Source: Natronospirales bacterium
Lineage (GTDB): Bacteria > Pseudomonadota > Gammaproteobacteria > Natronospirales > REEB76
DNA length: 64,000 nt
NCBI GenBank assembly: GCA_021792635.1
Contig: JAJYUH010000003.1
Location: 101,795-165,794, forward strand
Direction: 5' to 3'
Shown in pieces: positions 46,872 to 57,673 of this stretch. The stretch's first letter is position 1. Each line of letters opens with the position of its first letter. A program made the position numbers and the translations under genes. The notes below the pieces were generated by a model, which did not search any database, was not told the origin of the DNA, and saw nothing but the letters and a program-made list of their open reading frames with translations.

Positions 46872-49800
46872 ATGCAGCAGTTCCGTGGTGGCCCGGCCCT
46901 TTCCGAGTTCCGTGTCCAGAAACTGCTCACTGATCTGAGCAAACTCGTTCCCGCAGTCTTGGGCCTGGCAGCCGAGTTCCGTTATTTTGTGGATGTGACC
47001 GGTACGCTCGAGGCGGGTGAAGAACGCATCCTGGGAGAACTGCTCGCCGAGGGCCATCCACCCGCCGTACACCCGCCCGCCGGAACATTGCTGTTGTGCG
47101 TGCCGCGTCTCGGTACGGTTTCGCCCTGGGCCAGCAAGGCCACCGATATTGCCCGCAACTGCGGGCTCGCCAAAATCCGCCGTATCGAACGCGGTATTGC
47201 CTTTCATCTGGCACATACCGGTGCACCCCTGTCTCATGAACGGCTGCAGCATATAGCACATCTGCTGCATGACCGCATGACACAGACACTGTTGTTCGAT
47301 GCGGAACAGGCAGGTCGGCTTTTTGAACAGGCGGCCCCGGCGCCGCTCGGGACTGTCAATCTCCTCAGGGGCGGCCGCCGGGCGCTGGTGAAGGCGGACA
47401 GGGAATTCGGCTTCGCCCTTTCCGGCGACGAAATGGATTATCTCGTCAAGAACTTCAAGCAACTCGGACGCAATCCCACGGACGCGGAGCTCATGATGTT
47501 TGCCCAGGCAAACTCCGAGCACTGCCGCCACAAGATTTTCCGCGGCGACTGGATAATTGATGGCGAATCGCAGCCGCTGTCGCTGTTCGATATGATCCGC
47601 CGCACCCACGAGCACAATCCGCGGGGCGTGCTCTCCGCCTACCGCGATAATGCCTGCGTCATCGAAGGGCGGCGTGGCGGGCGCTTTTTCCCGCGCCCCG
47701 CGGACAGGGTCTATGCACGTCATGAAGAACCCGTGCATATCCTCATGAAGGTGGAAACACACAATCATCCAACCGCCATCTCGCCGTTTCCCGGCGCTGC
47801 CACCGGCGCCGGCGGAGAAATCCGCGACGAGGGTGCCACCGGCCGTGGTGCCAAACCCAAGGCGGGACTCACGGGCTTTTCCGTGTCCAACCTGCGCATT
47901 CCCGGTTTCGAGCAATCCTGGGAGAGGAATTACGGCAAGCCGGCGCACATCGCCTCCGCCCTCGACATCATGCTCGAAGGGCCCATCGGTGCGGCTGCAT
48001 TCAACAATGAATTCGGTCGGCCCGTGCTCAACGGCTATTTCCGCAGCTACGAAATGGATGTGTGCGGAACCCTGCGCGGCTATCACAAGCCCATCATGGT
48101 TGCCGGTGGCATCGGCAATATCCGCGCGGTGCATGTTGACAAGCAGTCATTACCGGCGGGCGCCAGGGTAATCGTGCTGGGTGGGGCTGCCATGAAGATC
48201 GGTCTGGGCGGCGGTGCCGCTGCCAGCGTGGCCAGTGGCACGAGTATTGAGGCTCTGGATTTTGCCTCGGTGCAACGCGGCAACCCTGAAATCCAGCGGC
48301 GTGCCCAGGAAGTGATTGATGCATGCTGGGCATTGGGCGAGAGCAATCCGGTCTTATCCATCCATGACGTGGGCGCCGGCGGCCTGTCCAACGCCGTACC
48401 GGAAATCCTGGATGCGAGTCAGCGCGGCGGCTTGTTCGATTTGCGCCGCGTGCCCAACGATGAAACGGGCATGTCTCCCATGGAGATCTGGTGTAATGAA
48501 GCCCAGGAACGCTATGTGCTGGCCGTAGCACCGGAGCGGCTCATGGATTTTACGCGCATCTGTGAACGCGAGCGCTGCCCATTCGCCGTCATCGGCGAGG
48601 CTACCGGTGAACGCCTTCTGGTCGTAGTGGATCCGCATTTCGATAACAGACCCGTGGCGATGTCCATGGAAATGCTCCTGGGGAAAACGCCGAAAATGTC
48701 GTGCGACGTGCAGCGCCTCAAGCCGGTGCCCGTCCATTTCGATACCACGAAAATCGATCTGCGTGAGGCGGCCTTGCGTGTATTGCATCTGCCTGCGGTG
48801 GCGGACAAAGGTTTTCTCATTACCATCGGCGACCGCAGCGTGGGCGGGCTCGTGTGCCGCGACCAGTTGGTGGGACCGTGGCAGGTGCCGGTGAGCGACC
48901 TGGCTGTCACCGCCGCGAGTTACGACGGCTGCCACGGCGAAGCCATGGCCATGGGTGAGCGGGCACCTCTGGCGGTAGTTGATGCTCCGGCTTCGGGTCG
49001 CATGGCGGTGGCGGAAGCACTCAGTAACATCGTTGCCGCCGACATCGGTGCTCTGGATAACGTACGCTTGTCGGCCAACTGGATGGCAGCCTGCGGACAT
49101 CCGGGTGAGGATGCGGCGCTGTATGACACCGTAAAAGCGGTGAGCGAGTTGTGCGTGGCGCTCAACATCACGATCCCGGTCGGCAAGGATTCCCTCTCCA
49201 TGAAAACCGTATGGGAGGAAGGGGGCAGGACACGCAGCGTGGTGGCGCCGCTGTCGCTCATCGTGTCGGCATTTGCGCCAGTACAGGATGTGCGCCGTAC
49301 GCTCACGCCGCAGTTGCGGACCGATGTGGGCGACACCCGGCTGTTGCTGATCGATCTGGGGGGCGGCCGTAATCGCTTGGGAGGTTCGTGTCTGGCGCAG
49401 GTATATGGAGAGACGGGCGGAGCGACCCCGGATCTGGACAATCCGGCCAGGCTGCGGGGTTTTTTCGCAGCCATTCAGCAACTGCACGCTGCCGATAAAC
49501 TGCTCGCGTATCACGATCGTTCCGACGGCGGCCTGTTTGCGACCGTTTGCGAAATGGCTTTTGCTTCACACTGCGGCATTGATGCGCGGCTGGAGAGTCC
49601 GGGGGATGACACGGTGGCGGCGCTGTTTGCCGAGGAGGCAGGCGCGGTTATCCAGGTGCGCGAGGAGGACGTGTCGCTGGTGCAGCGGGTATGTACGGAC
49701 CATGGGTTGCCGGAGGTGCAAGTATTGGGCGCACCGCGCGACGACGACCGTTTGGTATTCAGCAGCCGTGCACAGGTGATATTGGCGGGTGGGCGGGCGG

Positions 49801-50750
49801 AATTCCAGGGTGCCTGGAGTGAAACCAGCCTGCATATGCAGCGACTGCGGGACAATCCGCAAGGAGCACAGCAGGAATTCGAGTCGAAGCTGGACCCCGG
49901 TGATCCCGGCTTGCATGCGCGGCTTACCTTTGATCCGACGGAAGACATGGCCGCACCTTTCGTTGCCAAGGGGCTGCGTCCGCGCGTAGCCATTCTGCGC
50001 GAGCAGGGCGTGAACGGCCAGGCGGAGATGGCGGCGGCGTTTGACTGCACCGGTTTTGCCGCGGTGGACGTGCACATGACCGATATCATCGAGGGCCGCG
50101 TGACCCTGGCGGATTACACGGGCATCGTCGCTTGCGGCGGCTTTTCGTACGGTGACGTATTGGGCGCGGGGCTGGGCTGGGCCAAATCCATCCTCTTCAA
50201 TCCGCGTGCGCGCGATGAGTTCGGCAGGTTTTTCGACCGCGACGACAGTTTTGGTCTGGGTGTTTGCAACGGCTGCCAGATGATGGCGGCACTGGGTGAT
50301 CTTATTCCCGGCACTGTGGGCTGGCCGCGTTTCGCGCGCAATGCCTCGGAGCAGTTTGAAGGGCGGCTGAGCCTGGTGGAAATCCAGCCCTCCGCATCCC
50401 TGTTTTTCACCGGCATGGAAGGTTCGGTGCTACCCATCGTGGTGGCCCATGGTGAGGGGCGGGCGGAATTCGCCAGAGCCGACGCCGCACAACAGTTGCT
50501 GGTGAGCGGGCGCGTGACGCTGCGCTTCGTGGATAACCGCGAACGTCCCACGGAGCTTTATCCCGCCAACCCCAATGGTTCACTCCTGGGTATTGCCGGT
50601 ATCACCAATACCGACGGACGCTACACGCTGTTGATGCCCCATCCGGAGCGCGTGTTTCGCACGCAGCAGATGTCCTGGCACCCGCGCGGCTGGGATGAGG
50701 ATTCACCGTGGTTGCGCATGTTCCGTAATGCCCGCTGCTGGGTAAGCTGA
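46872..50750 (+). CDS. purL: Phosphoribosylformylglycinamidine synthase (single-chain, large)
   Basis: 1292 aa; [32 protein letters not shown], and a C-terminal glutaminase GVCNGCQMM...PHPER. Confidence 0.97.
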   Translation: MQQFRGGPALSEFRVQKLLTDLSKLVPAVLGLAAEFRYFVDVTGTLEAGEERILGELLAEGHPPAVHPPAGTLLLCVPRLGTVSPWASKATDIARNCGLAKIRRIERGIAFHLAHTGAPLSHERLQHIAHLLHDRMTQTLLFDAEQAGRLFEQAAPAPLGTVNLLRGGRRALVKADREFGFALSGDEMDYLVKNFKQLGRNPTDAELMMFAQANSEHCRHKIFRGDWIIDGESQPLSLFDMIRRTHEHNPRGVLSAYRDNACVIEGRRGGRFFPRPADRVYARHEEPVHILMKVETHNHPTAISPFPGAATGAGGEIRDEGATGRGAKPKAGLTGFSVSNLRIPGFEQSWERNYGKPAHIASALDIMLEGPIGAAAFNNEFGRPVLNGYFRSYEMDVCGTLRGYHKPIMVAGGIGNIRAVHVDKQSLPAGARVIVLGGAAMKIGLGGGAAASVASGTSIEALDFASVQRGNPEIQRRAQEVIDACWALGESNPVLSIHDVGAGGLSNAVPEILDASQRGGLFDLRRVPNDETGMSPMEIWCNEAQERYVLAVAPERLMDFTRICERERCPFAVIGEATGERLLVVVDPHFDNRPVAMSMEMLLGKTPKMSCDVQRLKPVPVHFDTTKIDLREAALRVLHLPAVADKGFLITIGDRSVGGLVCRDQLVGPWQVPVSDLAVTAASYDGCHGEAMAMGERAPLAVVDAPASGRMAVAEALSNIVAADIGALDNVRLSANWMAACGHPGEDAALYDTVKAVSELCVALNITIPVGKDSLSMKTVWEEGGRTRSVVAPLSLIVSAFAPVQDVRRTLTPQLRTDVGDTRLLLIDLGGGRNRLGGSCLAQVYGETGGATPDLDNPARLRGFFAAIQQLHAADKLLAYHDRSDGGLFATVCEMAFASHCGIDARLESPGDDTVAALFAEEAGAVIQVREEDVSLVQRVCTDHGLPEVQVLGAPRDDDRLVFSSRAQVILAGGRAEFQGAWSETSLHMQRLRDNPQGAQQEFESKLDPGDPGLHARLTFDPTEDMAAPFVAKGLRPRVAILREQGVNGQAEMAAAFDCTGFAAVDVHMTDIIEGRVTLADYTGIVACGGFSYGDVLGAGLGWAKSILFNPRARDEFGRFFDRDDSFGLGVCNGCQMMAALGDLIPGTVGWPRFARNASEQFEGRLSLVEIQPSASLFFTGMEGSVLPIVVAHGEGRAEFARADAAQQLLVSGRVTLRFVDNRERPTELYPANPNGSLLGIAGITNTDGRYTLLMPHPERVFRTQQMSWHPRGWDEDSPWLRMFRNARCWVS

Positions 50751-50911
50751 TATATTTCCGGGGGAAGCAAAGATCAATCAGACTGTCAGGGTGTTGCGTA
50801 CGCTGGCAGTCCATCTCCAGGTGTTGCCTGCTGCTGCTTTTCTGCCGGCTGATTCAACCATAGTGCAAGCCGTTATGGATTCAGGGTTGCCATGGGCGGT
50901 CTGTCCGGTCA

Positions 50912-52552
50912 CTAGTAGGCAGGACATAGATGGTAGCCAACAGGAATTGTGCACGGCCCGCTGCTTTTACCGGGTGAATGGAACAACCGGAAGACGAACT
51001 CCTGAGACATGCGTTGTGTAACCGGTACACCCGCCATGGTAACAGGCATGAATTTCCATTTGCGGATGGCGCGTATGGCGGCCTTCGCGAACAGCCGCGA
51101 GCCGGTCACATGGCTCGCCTTTATGTTGGTCACGGTGCCTTGCGTTGTGAGTGTGAATTCCACCGTGGCCGATCCTTCAATCTGCTGTTCCATAGCCATG
51201 GGCGGATAAGCAGGTACATATTGGACAATCACCTCGCCACCAGCGGGTTTCACTCCCGGTTTGACAGGTTCGCCCGCTGCAGTAGTGATGCCTGGCGATA
51301 GCGCATTTGATGGTAATGACGTTGCCAAAACGGGCAGGGTTGAGAGCGCAACTTGCGACAATTCGCTGAGCCTGGGCGGTTGGAGGGACACGGGCCGTGT
51401 CCATGCTGCCGTAGTCACACGGGTGGGCGGCATCATGGCGGCAGCGGATATTTTTACCGGCATGGGTCCGGTGTGCTTCTCCGTGCCCAGCAAAGTGTAT
51501 TTGGCGGTCAAGGGTAAATGCAATGGCGCTTTTGGATGGATAAATTGCAGCAGACCACCGGCAAGCAGCAGGCCGGCAGTCAATAACAGCGGCGGCCAGC
51601 AGGCGGCTGCATTGTATGCCGGCAGTCCCACCAGACGGTGAATCCGCTCCATGATCTGGCCCCCGTCTGCACCCAGCAGCAACGCAGTGTGAGGATGACG
51701 CAGATTTTCCAGTTCCGCCAGTGCACGTGCGTAATCAATGGTAGTGCCGTTGAGTTCCACCACGATATCATCACAGCATTGCTCGCGTTCCAGGCGGGCC
51801 TGGTGTGACACCCAGCGGATCGCCGGATGATAAAACAGCAGTGTATCCACCGCCACTTGCAGCAAATTCCACAGGTAGTCCTGACGGCGGATATGGGCAA
51901 GCTCATGGGCCAGTACCAGTTCCACTTGCAATGGCGTCAGTCCGGACATGACACTGGGCGGAATCAATATCACGGGTTTCAGCCAGCCGATTACGCAGGG
52001 AACCGTCGCGTTCACGGATACGGCCAGCCGTACCGCCTTGCGGATTCCGAGCAATGTGCACAGGGATTCCACCAGCGCGTGCCACTGCGGCACAGGACTG
52101 TAATCCGCTGTTTCCCGCAGATCACGCGCATGCCGCCAGCCGCGCCAGACGCGTAATGTCATGACCATGACGCCCAGCAGCCACAGGGGGACGGCCCAGG
52201 ATACCAGTGGTTGCAGCCGGATTTTCAGCTGCTCGAATGGCGAGAGTGGAGAGGCGACAGCGTGACTGGTGCCGCTCACGGTTGTACTGGCGAGCATTTG
52301 CGGTGTTCCATTCACCGCAGCACCCGCAGGCATATGGGAAAGATGTATGAAGGTGATGACGGGCAAGGCGGCCATCACGGCCAGTGTACCCATGGCCAAG
52401 TGGTAACGGACGGCGGGGGATTTCCCGCGCAACATGTGCCGCAGCGCGGCATAGACCGCGCCCACCACTGCGCCTTGCCAGAGGAAGTGGATCAGCGTCC
52501 AGCCAAGATGATGAACAATGGGCGAACTGAGCAGCGGCACAGCGGTGTTCAT
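50912..52552 (-). CDS. BlaR1/MecR1-like M56 peptidase sensor with C-terminal TonB-like domain
   Basis: 546 aa with N-terminal TM helices and the zinc motif HELAHIRRQD. The C-terminal ~80 aa (VQYVPAYPPMAMEQQIEGSATVEFTLTTQGTVTNIKA...AIRKWKFMP) look like a TonB C-terminal domain. 4-nt overlap with the upstream blaI-like gene. Confidence 0.8.
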   Translation of the reverse strand: MNTAVPLLSSPIVHHLGWTLIHFLWQGAVVGAVYAALRHMLRGKSPAVRYHLAMGTLAVMAALPVITFIHLSHMPAGAAVNGTPQMLASTTVSGTSHAVASPLSPFEQLKIRLQPLVSWAVPLWLLGVMVMTLRVWRGWRHARDLRETADYSPVPQWHALVESLCTLLGIRKAVRLAVSVNATVPCVIGWLKPVILIPPSVMSGLTPLQVELVLAHELAHIRRQDYLWNLLQVAVDTLLFYHPAIRWVSHQARLEREQCCDDIVVELNGTTIDYARALAELENLRHPHTALLLGADGGQIMERIHRLVGLPAYNAAACWPPLLLTAGLLLAGGLLQFIHPKAPLHLPLTAKYTLLGTEKHTGPMPVKISAAAMMPPTRVTTAAWTRPVSLQPPRLSELSQVALSTLPVLATSLPSNALSPGITTAAGEPVKPGVKPAGGEVIVQYVPAYPPMAMEQQIEGSATVEFTLTTQGTVTNIKASHVTGSRLFAKAAIRAIRKWKFMPVTMAGVPVTQRMSQEFVFRLFHSPGKSSGPCTIPVGYHLCPAY

Positions 52553-52947
52553 TTCCTGCGCCCTTCCAGTTCATCAAGGCGGGCGCGGATTTTCCCGATC
52601 TCTTCCGCGCTGGCGGGTCTGGCGGAACCCAGGGCCTGCATCACTAATTCCGTCGCCGAGCCTTCGAACACGCGAAACAGTAATTTGCCCAGGATCTGGC
52701 GCTGGGTCTGGCGCTTGCTGAGCGCGGGAGCGTAGATATGGGCGCGCTCGGAATCATTGCGGCTGACCAGTCCCTTTTGATACATGATCTGCAGCATGCT
52801 CAGTACCGTCGTGTAGGCCAGTGCTCCGTGACCCGACAAGGATGCATGCACCTGGCGTACCGTGCTGGGGCCCAACTGCCAAAGTACGTGCAGGATTTCC
52901 AGTTCCGTTGCGGTGGGCTCAGGAAGGGGTTTTTGCGGAGGTGCCAT
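52549..52947 (-). CDS. BlaI/MecI/CopY family transcriptional repressor
   Basis: Start trimmed to MAPPQKPLPEPTATELEILHVLWQLGPSTVRQV (ATG 52945-52947), giving 132 aa. Winged-helix pattern ...AYTTVLSMLQIMYQKGLVSR. Confidence 0.85.
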   Translation of the reverse strand: MAPPQKPLPEPTATELEILHVLWQLGPSTVRQVHASLSGHGALAYTTVLSMLQIMYQKGLVSRNDSERAHIYAPALSKRQTQRQILGKLLFRVFEGSATELVMQALGSARPASAEEIGKIRARLDELEGRRK

Positions 52948-53013
52948 CTTTGCTGTTCCGAACTGTGGACCGGGGAGTGGCCGTACCAGCATAGCCCAAA
53001 GTACAGTATATTC

Positions 53014-53106
53014 TACTAGAGCCCTAGTATTTTTCGCAAAAATGATCTTGCCTGGATGCTTTTTACTGATTATGCTACTATGTGTATAGTACTTCTTCAG
53101 TAGTAT
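53014..53106. promoter_or_regulatory. Cluster of TACTA-N-TAGTA palindromes in the divergent promoter region (candidate BlaI-type operators)
   Basis: TACTAGagccCTAGTA at 53014-53029, TACTATgtgtATAGTA at 53076-53091, and an overlapping ATAGTACTtcttcAGTAGTAT at 53086-53106. They lie between the blaI-like start (52947) and the lipoprotein start (53142). Confidence 0.55.
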
Positions 53107-53141
53107 TGCCGACCCCCCAGTGCCCATTAGGAGCAAGGTTT

Positions 53142-53462
53142 ATGAGCAAATGGTTTTTTATCCCGGGACTGATTCTGCTGATCACGGCCTGCGCGACCCC
53201 CCGGTCCCCGGCATCCCCCCCGGCGGTTGCGGCACCGGGAAACAAATCTCAGATGGTGATGGTCCGGGGCACGCAGGAATCCGGCCGGAAACTGATCTGC
53301 AGCCTCAGCTATCCCATTGGTTCCCATATCCCCGCGCGCATATGTCTGACCCCGGCCCAGGAGGCCGCCCGTCGCAAAGCCGCCCAGGAAGCCATGCAAA
53401 ACCAAGGGCAGGTTACGCCGTGCGGCGCCAACAGTTGCGGTAGCCCTCCGCAGCTGTTTTAG
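53142..53462 (+). CDS. Small lipoprotein, unknown function
   Basis: 106 aa with an AGGAG-type SD 8 nt upstream and lipobox LLITAC. Contains four further Cys residues. Confidence 0.65.
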   Translation: MSKWFFIPGLILLITACATPRSPASPPAVAAPGNKSQMVMVRGTQESGRKLICSLSYPIGSHIPARICLTPAQEAARRKAAQEAMQNQGQVTPCGANSCGSPPQLF

Positions 53463-53579
53463 CCGCCGCCTTTGCAACTGCCTGCAACGCGCGCAATATC
53501 GGCGTTGGGTGGTGGAGTTTTGGGTCTTGGGATGGCCGGTTACAATAACCGGCCATCTTCATGTTCAGAGGCCACAACC

Positions 53580-55244
53580 GTGTCCAGCAGGTTTCGCAAC
53601 GTCGAACTGCATGCCCCCACTGGTCCCGCGCTTTCCTGCAAGGGCTGGCAGCAGGAAGCCGCCTTAAGGATGCTGCACAACAACCTCGACCCGCGGGTGG
53701 GCGAGAATCCAAGGGAACTGGTGGTCTATGGCGGCATCGGTCGGGCGGCGCGCAACTGGGAGTGCTTCGACGCCATTGTGGCGACGCTCAAGCGCCTGGA
53801 AAACGATGAAACCCTGTTGATCCAGTCCGGCAAGCCGGTGGGCGTGTTCAAGACCCACGCCGCGGCACCACGCGTGCTCATTGCCAATTCCAACCTGGTG
53901 GGCAAGTGGGCCACCTGGGAGCATTTCTTCGAGCTGGACAGGAAGGGCCTGATGATGTTCGGCCAGATGACGGCGGGCTCATGGATATACATCGGTTCCC
54001 AGGGCATCGTGCAGGGTACCTACGAGACTTTTGCCGAAGCGGTGCGCCAGCACTACCAAGGGGACGCGCAAGGCAAATGGCTTCTCACCGGCGGCCTCGG
54101 CGGCATGGGCGGCGCACAGCCTCTGGCGGCGGTGTTCGCGGGCCTGAGCTGCCTGGCGGTGGAAGTGGATCCGGCACGCATAGACAAGCGTCTTGCAAGC
54201 GGTTACCTGGACCGCAAGGCCCAATCCCTGAAGCAGGCCTGTGACATGATCCGCGCCGCCGCCGTCGAGGGCAAAGCAGTATCCGTGGGGTTGCCGGGAA
54301 ATGCGGCACAAGTGTTTGAGGAAATCCTGCAAGGTGATTTCCATCCCCACTTGGTCACGGACCAGACGTCCGCTCATGATCCGCTGAATGGGTACATTCC
54401 TGTCGGTTACTCACCGGCTACCGCCACCACGCTGCGGGACAGCGATCCGAAGAAATATGTGGAGCTTTCAAAGCAATCCATCGCGCGGCAGGTACGTGCC
54501 ATGCTGGGATTTCACGGCATAGGCATTCCCACCTTCGATTACGGCAATAACATCCGCGCCATGGCACAGGATGCGGGCGTTGCGAATGCGTTCGACTTCA
54601 GGGGCTTCGTGCCGCTCTATATCCGGCCGCTGTTTTGCGAAGGCATGGGACCCTTCCGCTGGGTGGCGCTTTCCGGCGAGCCGGAGGATATCTACAAGAC
54701 CGATGCCAAGGCGAAGGAACTTTTTCCGGAGAAAAAACATCTCCACCGCTGGCTCGATATGGCACGGCAGCGCATCCATTTTCAGGGCCTGCCGGCGCGT
54801 ATATGCTGGCTGGGATACGGGGAACGCCATCGGCTGGGTCTTGCCTTCAACGACATGGTGAGGAAGGGCGAGCTGAAGGCCCCCATCGTCATCGGCCGCG
54901 ATCATCTGGATGCGGGTTCCGTGGCTTCACCCAACCGCGAGACGGAAGCCATGCGCGATGGCAGCGATGCCGTGGCCGACTGGCCGATCCTGAACGCATT
55001 GTTGAATACCGCCAGCGGCGCTTCCTGGGTGAGTTTCCATCACGGCGGCGGCGTGGGCATGGGCTACGCACTGCATGCCGGCGTGGTTATCGTCGCCGAC
55101 GGCAGTGAACGGGCCGCGCACGCACTGGAACGCGTGCTCACCAACGATCCCGGCAGCGGCGTGATGCGCCACGCCGATGCCGGCTACGAGAAAGCCGTCC
55201 AGGTGGCGAAAGAGCGGAATCTCGACCTGCCGATGCTGCGCTGA
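53580..55244 (+). CDS. hutU: Urocanate hydratase
   Basis: Colinear with Pseudomonas HutU as recalled ([73 protein letters not shown]). Start placed at GTG 53580 ([13 protein letters not shown]) with AGAGG 8 nt upstream; the ORF track starts at 53472. Confidence 0.9.
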   Translation: MSSRFRNVELHAPTGPALSCKGWQQEAALRMLHNNLDPRVGENPRELVVYGGIGRAARNWECFDAIVATLKRLENDETLLIQSGKPVGVFKTHAAAPRVLIANSNLVGKWATWEHFFELDRKGLMMFGQMTAGSWIYIGSQGIVQGTYETFAEAVRQHYQGDAQGKWLLTGGLGGMGGAQPLAAVFAGLSCLAVEVDPARIDKRLASGYLDRKAQSLKQACDMIRAAAVEGKAVSVGLPGNAAQVFEEILQGDFHPHLVTDQTSAHDPLNGYIPVGYSPATATTLRDSDPKKYVELSKQSIARQVRAMLGFHGIGIPTFDYGNNIRAMAQDAGVANAFDFRGFVPLYIRPLFCEGMGPFRWVALSGEPEDIYKTDAKAKELFPEKKHLHRWLDMARQRIHFQGLPARICWLGYGERHRLGLAFNDMVRKGELKAPIVIGRDHLDAGSVASPNRETEAMRDGSDAVADWPILNALLNTASGASWVSFHHGGGVGMGYALHAGVVIVADGSERAAHALERVLTNDPGSGVMRHADAGYEKAVQVAKERNLDLPMLR

Positions 55245-55246
55245 GC

Positions 55247-56005
55247 ATGCCCATGACTGCCGCAGCGGTAATGGATCTCAATTGCGATCTCGGTGAGGGC
55301 TGCGGTAATGATGCGGCACTGCTTGCAATCGTGAGCAGCGCTAATATTGCCTGCGGTGCGCATGCGGGCGACGCCATTACCATGCGACGTACCGTGCAAG
55401 CTGCCGTGCGCAATAATGTGAGCATCGGCGCGCACGTATCCTATCCAGACCGTGAAGGCTTCGGCCGGCGCGATATGAGCTTGCCGGCGGAAACGCTGAC
55501 GGCAGAAGTGCGGCGTCAGCTTGCCGTGCTCAATGCCGTCACGCGCGCTGCCGGAGCCCGGCTGCGCTATATCAAGGCCCATGGTGCGCTGTATCACCGC
55601 ATGGCGGACGATGCCACCGTCGCTGACGCGGTGATTGCGGCCATCAGGGCTTTCGATGCTTCCCTTGCCTTGCTCACGCTGCCCGGCAGCATCGCCATGG
55701 AACGCGCCCAGGCGCAGGGGCTGCGGGTATTTGGCGAAGCTTTCGCCGACCGCGCCTATACGGACATGGGCCGTCTGGCGCCCCGTTCCCGCTGCGGTGC
55801 GGTGATTACCGATGCGGCAGTGGTTGCGCAACGCGCCGTGGATATTGCCGTGACCGGCAAAATATCCAGCATTGAGGGCCGTATCATTTCCGTTCATGCC
55901 CGCTCGCTGTGCGTGCATGGTGACACACCCGGCGCCGTGACTTTGGCGCGCGCGGTGCGTGCGGCGCTTGAGCACACCGGCGTCGCAGTGGGCGCCTTCA
56001 CGTGA
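55247..56005 (+). CDS. pxpA: 5-oxoprolinase subunit A (LamB/YcsF family)
   Basis: LNCDLGEGCGNDAALLAIVSSANIACGAHAGD... Confidence 0.9.
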   Translation: MPMTAAAVMDLNCDLGEGCGNDAALLAIVSSANIACGAHAGDAITMRRTVQAAVRNNVSIGAHVSYPDREGFGRRDMSLPAETLTAEVRRQLAVLNAVTRAAGARLRYIKAHGALYHRMADDATVADAVIAAIRAFDASLALLTLPGSIAMERAQAQGLRVFGEAFADRAYTDMGRLAPRSRCGAVITDAAVVAQRAVDIAVTGKISSIEGRIISVHARSLCVHGDTPGAVTLARAVRAALEHTGVAVGAFT

Positions 56006-56613
56006 ATATCCGTTATGTGGGCGACAGCGCTCTGCTGGTGGAAGTGCAGGACTTCCGTGCCGCCCAGCGGCTGCGGGAATCCATCGGTCGGCAACCGCCG
56101 AATGGCATCCGCGAATTGCTGCCGGGTTATGACACGCTGCTGGTGGAATTCGATCCGCTGCAATTGGACGCGGCAGAACTGCTGCAGCGCCTGCCGGAAT
56201 TCATGCAAGACCTCCGGTCTGCCGCCGCGGTACACACGCATGAAATCGAGGTGCGCTATCAGGGCGAGGATCTTGAAGATGTGGCGCGCCTGACCGGTCT
56301 TGACCGCGCGGAGGTTATCCGGCGCCACAGCGCCGCCAACTATACCGTGGCATTTCTGGGCTTTGCGCCCGGGTTCCCTTATCTGGCGGGCCTGGACGCA
56401 AGACTGCGCGTGCCGCGCCTCCAATCACCGCGGGCCCGTGTACCCGCCGGCGCGGTGGCCATTGCCGACGAGTTCAGCGGCATTTACCCGCAGGCGACGC
56501 CGGGCGGCTGGCGTATTCTGGGGCATACCAAGGTCGTGCTGTTTGACGCGGCACGTGCATCCCCGGCACTGTGTATGCCGGGCGATCATGTGTGTTTCCG
56601 GCCGGTATCATGA
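56002..56613 (+). CDS. pxpB: 5-oxoprolinase subunit B (KipI / allophanate hydrolase subunit 1 family)
   Basis: 203 aa; GDSALLVEV...LLPGYDTLLVEFDP...YTVAFLGFAPGFPYLAGLD. Overlaps pxpA by 4 nt. Confidence 0.85.
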   Translation: MNIRYVGDSALLVEVQDFRAAQRLRESIGRQPPNGIRELLPGYDTLLVEFDPLQLDAAELLQRLPEFMQDLRSAAAVHTHEIEVRYQGEDLEDVARLTGLDRAEVIRRHSAANYTVAFLGFAPGFPYLAGLDARLRVPRLQSPRARVPAGAVAIADEFSGIYPQATPGGWRILGHTKVVLFDAARASPALCMPGDHVCFRPVS

Positions 56614-57632
56614 TTACAGTCATTGAACCCGGACGCTTCACCAGCATCCAGGATGAAGGGCGCGGCGGGTTTGCCCATTTGGGCGTGCCGCGTGCGGGTG
56701 CGGCCGACAGCCTCAGTCTGCGGCACGCCAATCTGCTGGTGGGCAATCCACAGGGGGCGGCGGCGCTGGAAATGACCCTGCATGGGCCGACGCTGCGTTT
56801 CGCCGTGGACGCGCTGATCGCCCTCACCGGCGGCCGCATGCAGGTGTACCTGGATGACGTGCCGCTGCCCATGTATCAGAGCGTGTCCGTGTGCGCCGGA
56901 CAGGTGCTTGCCTGCGGCCCGTTGCTGACCGGCATGCGCGGCTACCTTGCTGTCGGTGGCGGGATTTCCACCGCACAACTGCTGGCCAGCGCTGCGACCG
57001 ACACGCTTGCCGGGCTGGGACCCCCGGTCCTGCGTGCGGGGGATTGTCTTACCCTCCGGCCCCATAGTCTGCTGCAGGGCCGGTATCTGCGCTCACCGCC
57101 GGAATTTTCTGAGCAGGTGACGCTGCGTGTGATCACCGGGCCGCACCAGGAATGGTTCCCGGCGACGGCGCTGGGCAGTTTCCTTGACGGCTGCTACCGG
57201 GTACGTGCCGACAGCGACCGTAGCGGTATACGCCTGGCGGGTGCAACTGTGGTGGAGCGAAATCCGGGTGAATTGCCTTCCCAGGGCATGTTGACCGGCG
57301 CAGTGCAGGTGCCCGGTGACGGCCAACCCATCGTGCTGCTGCCCAACCACGGGACCACCGGCGGTTACCCGGTCATCGCCGTGGTCATCAGCGCGGACTT
57401 GCCCCAGCTCGGCCAGTTGCGCCCGGGCGTGTTACTGCGTTTCCAGGCGGTGAACCGCGAACAGGCACTGCAGGCGCTCCGATACGCCGCGGAGAATCTG
57501 CGCACCGCCAGCGTGTGCGCCGATCCCGGCCTGCTGGAAGCGCGCGGCCTGATGTTGCTGGCCAAAGCCCATCCCGCCCTGCGCGAGGCGTGTCTGCAAC
57601 TGGGGCGCCGTCGTGTGCGCCTGCGCCGCTGA
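56610..57632 (+). CDS. pxpC: 5-oxoprolinase subunit C (KipA / allophanate hydrolase subunit 2 family)
   Basis: Start trimmed to MITVIEPGRFTSIQDEGRGGFAHLGVPRAGAAD (ATG 56610, ATGA overlap with pxpB). Contains ...NHGTTGGYPVIAVV. Confidence 0.85.
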   Translation: MITVIEPGRFTSIQDEGRGGFAHLGVPRAGAADSLSLRHANLLVGNPQGAAALEMTLHGPTLRFAVDALIALTGGRMQVYLDDVPLPMYQSVSVCAGQVLACGPLLTGMRGYLAVGGGISTAQLLASAATDTLAGLGPPVLRAGDCLTLRPHSLLQGRYLRSPPEFSEQVTLRVITGPHQEWFPATALGSFLDGCYRVRADSDRSGIRLAGATVVERNPGELPSQGMLTGAVQVPGDGQPIVLLPNHGTTGGYPVIAVVISADLPQLGQLRPGVLLRFQAVNREQALQALRYAAENLRTASVCADPGLLEARGLMLLAKAHPALREACLQLGRRRVRLRR

Positions 57633-57673
57633 TTGGTTGAACTTTATGGCCGGTTGCGTTTTCATAATAAAGA

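Noticed and set aside
45315-46900. A genomic island or prophage integrated at tRNA-Ser.
   Set aside because: There is no integrase, phage or mobility gene on either side. The flanking genes are conserved housekeeping types (tadA, DUF1820-like, MBL hydrolase, purL). Only small tRNA-like fragments remain, and those are reported separately.
53472-53579. The longer hutU start (TTG 53472 or ATG 53532) given by the ORF track.
   Set aside because: The extra residues have no counterpart in HutU as recalled, and ATG 53532 lies inside the 27-nt perfect palindrome. GTG 53580 with an AGAGG box aligns with the known N-terminus. This remains uncertain.
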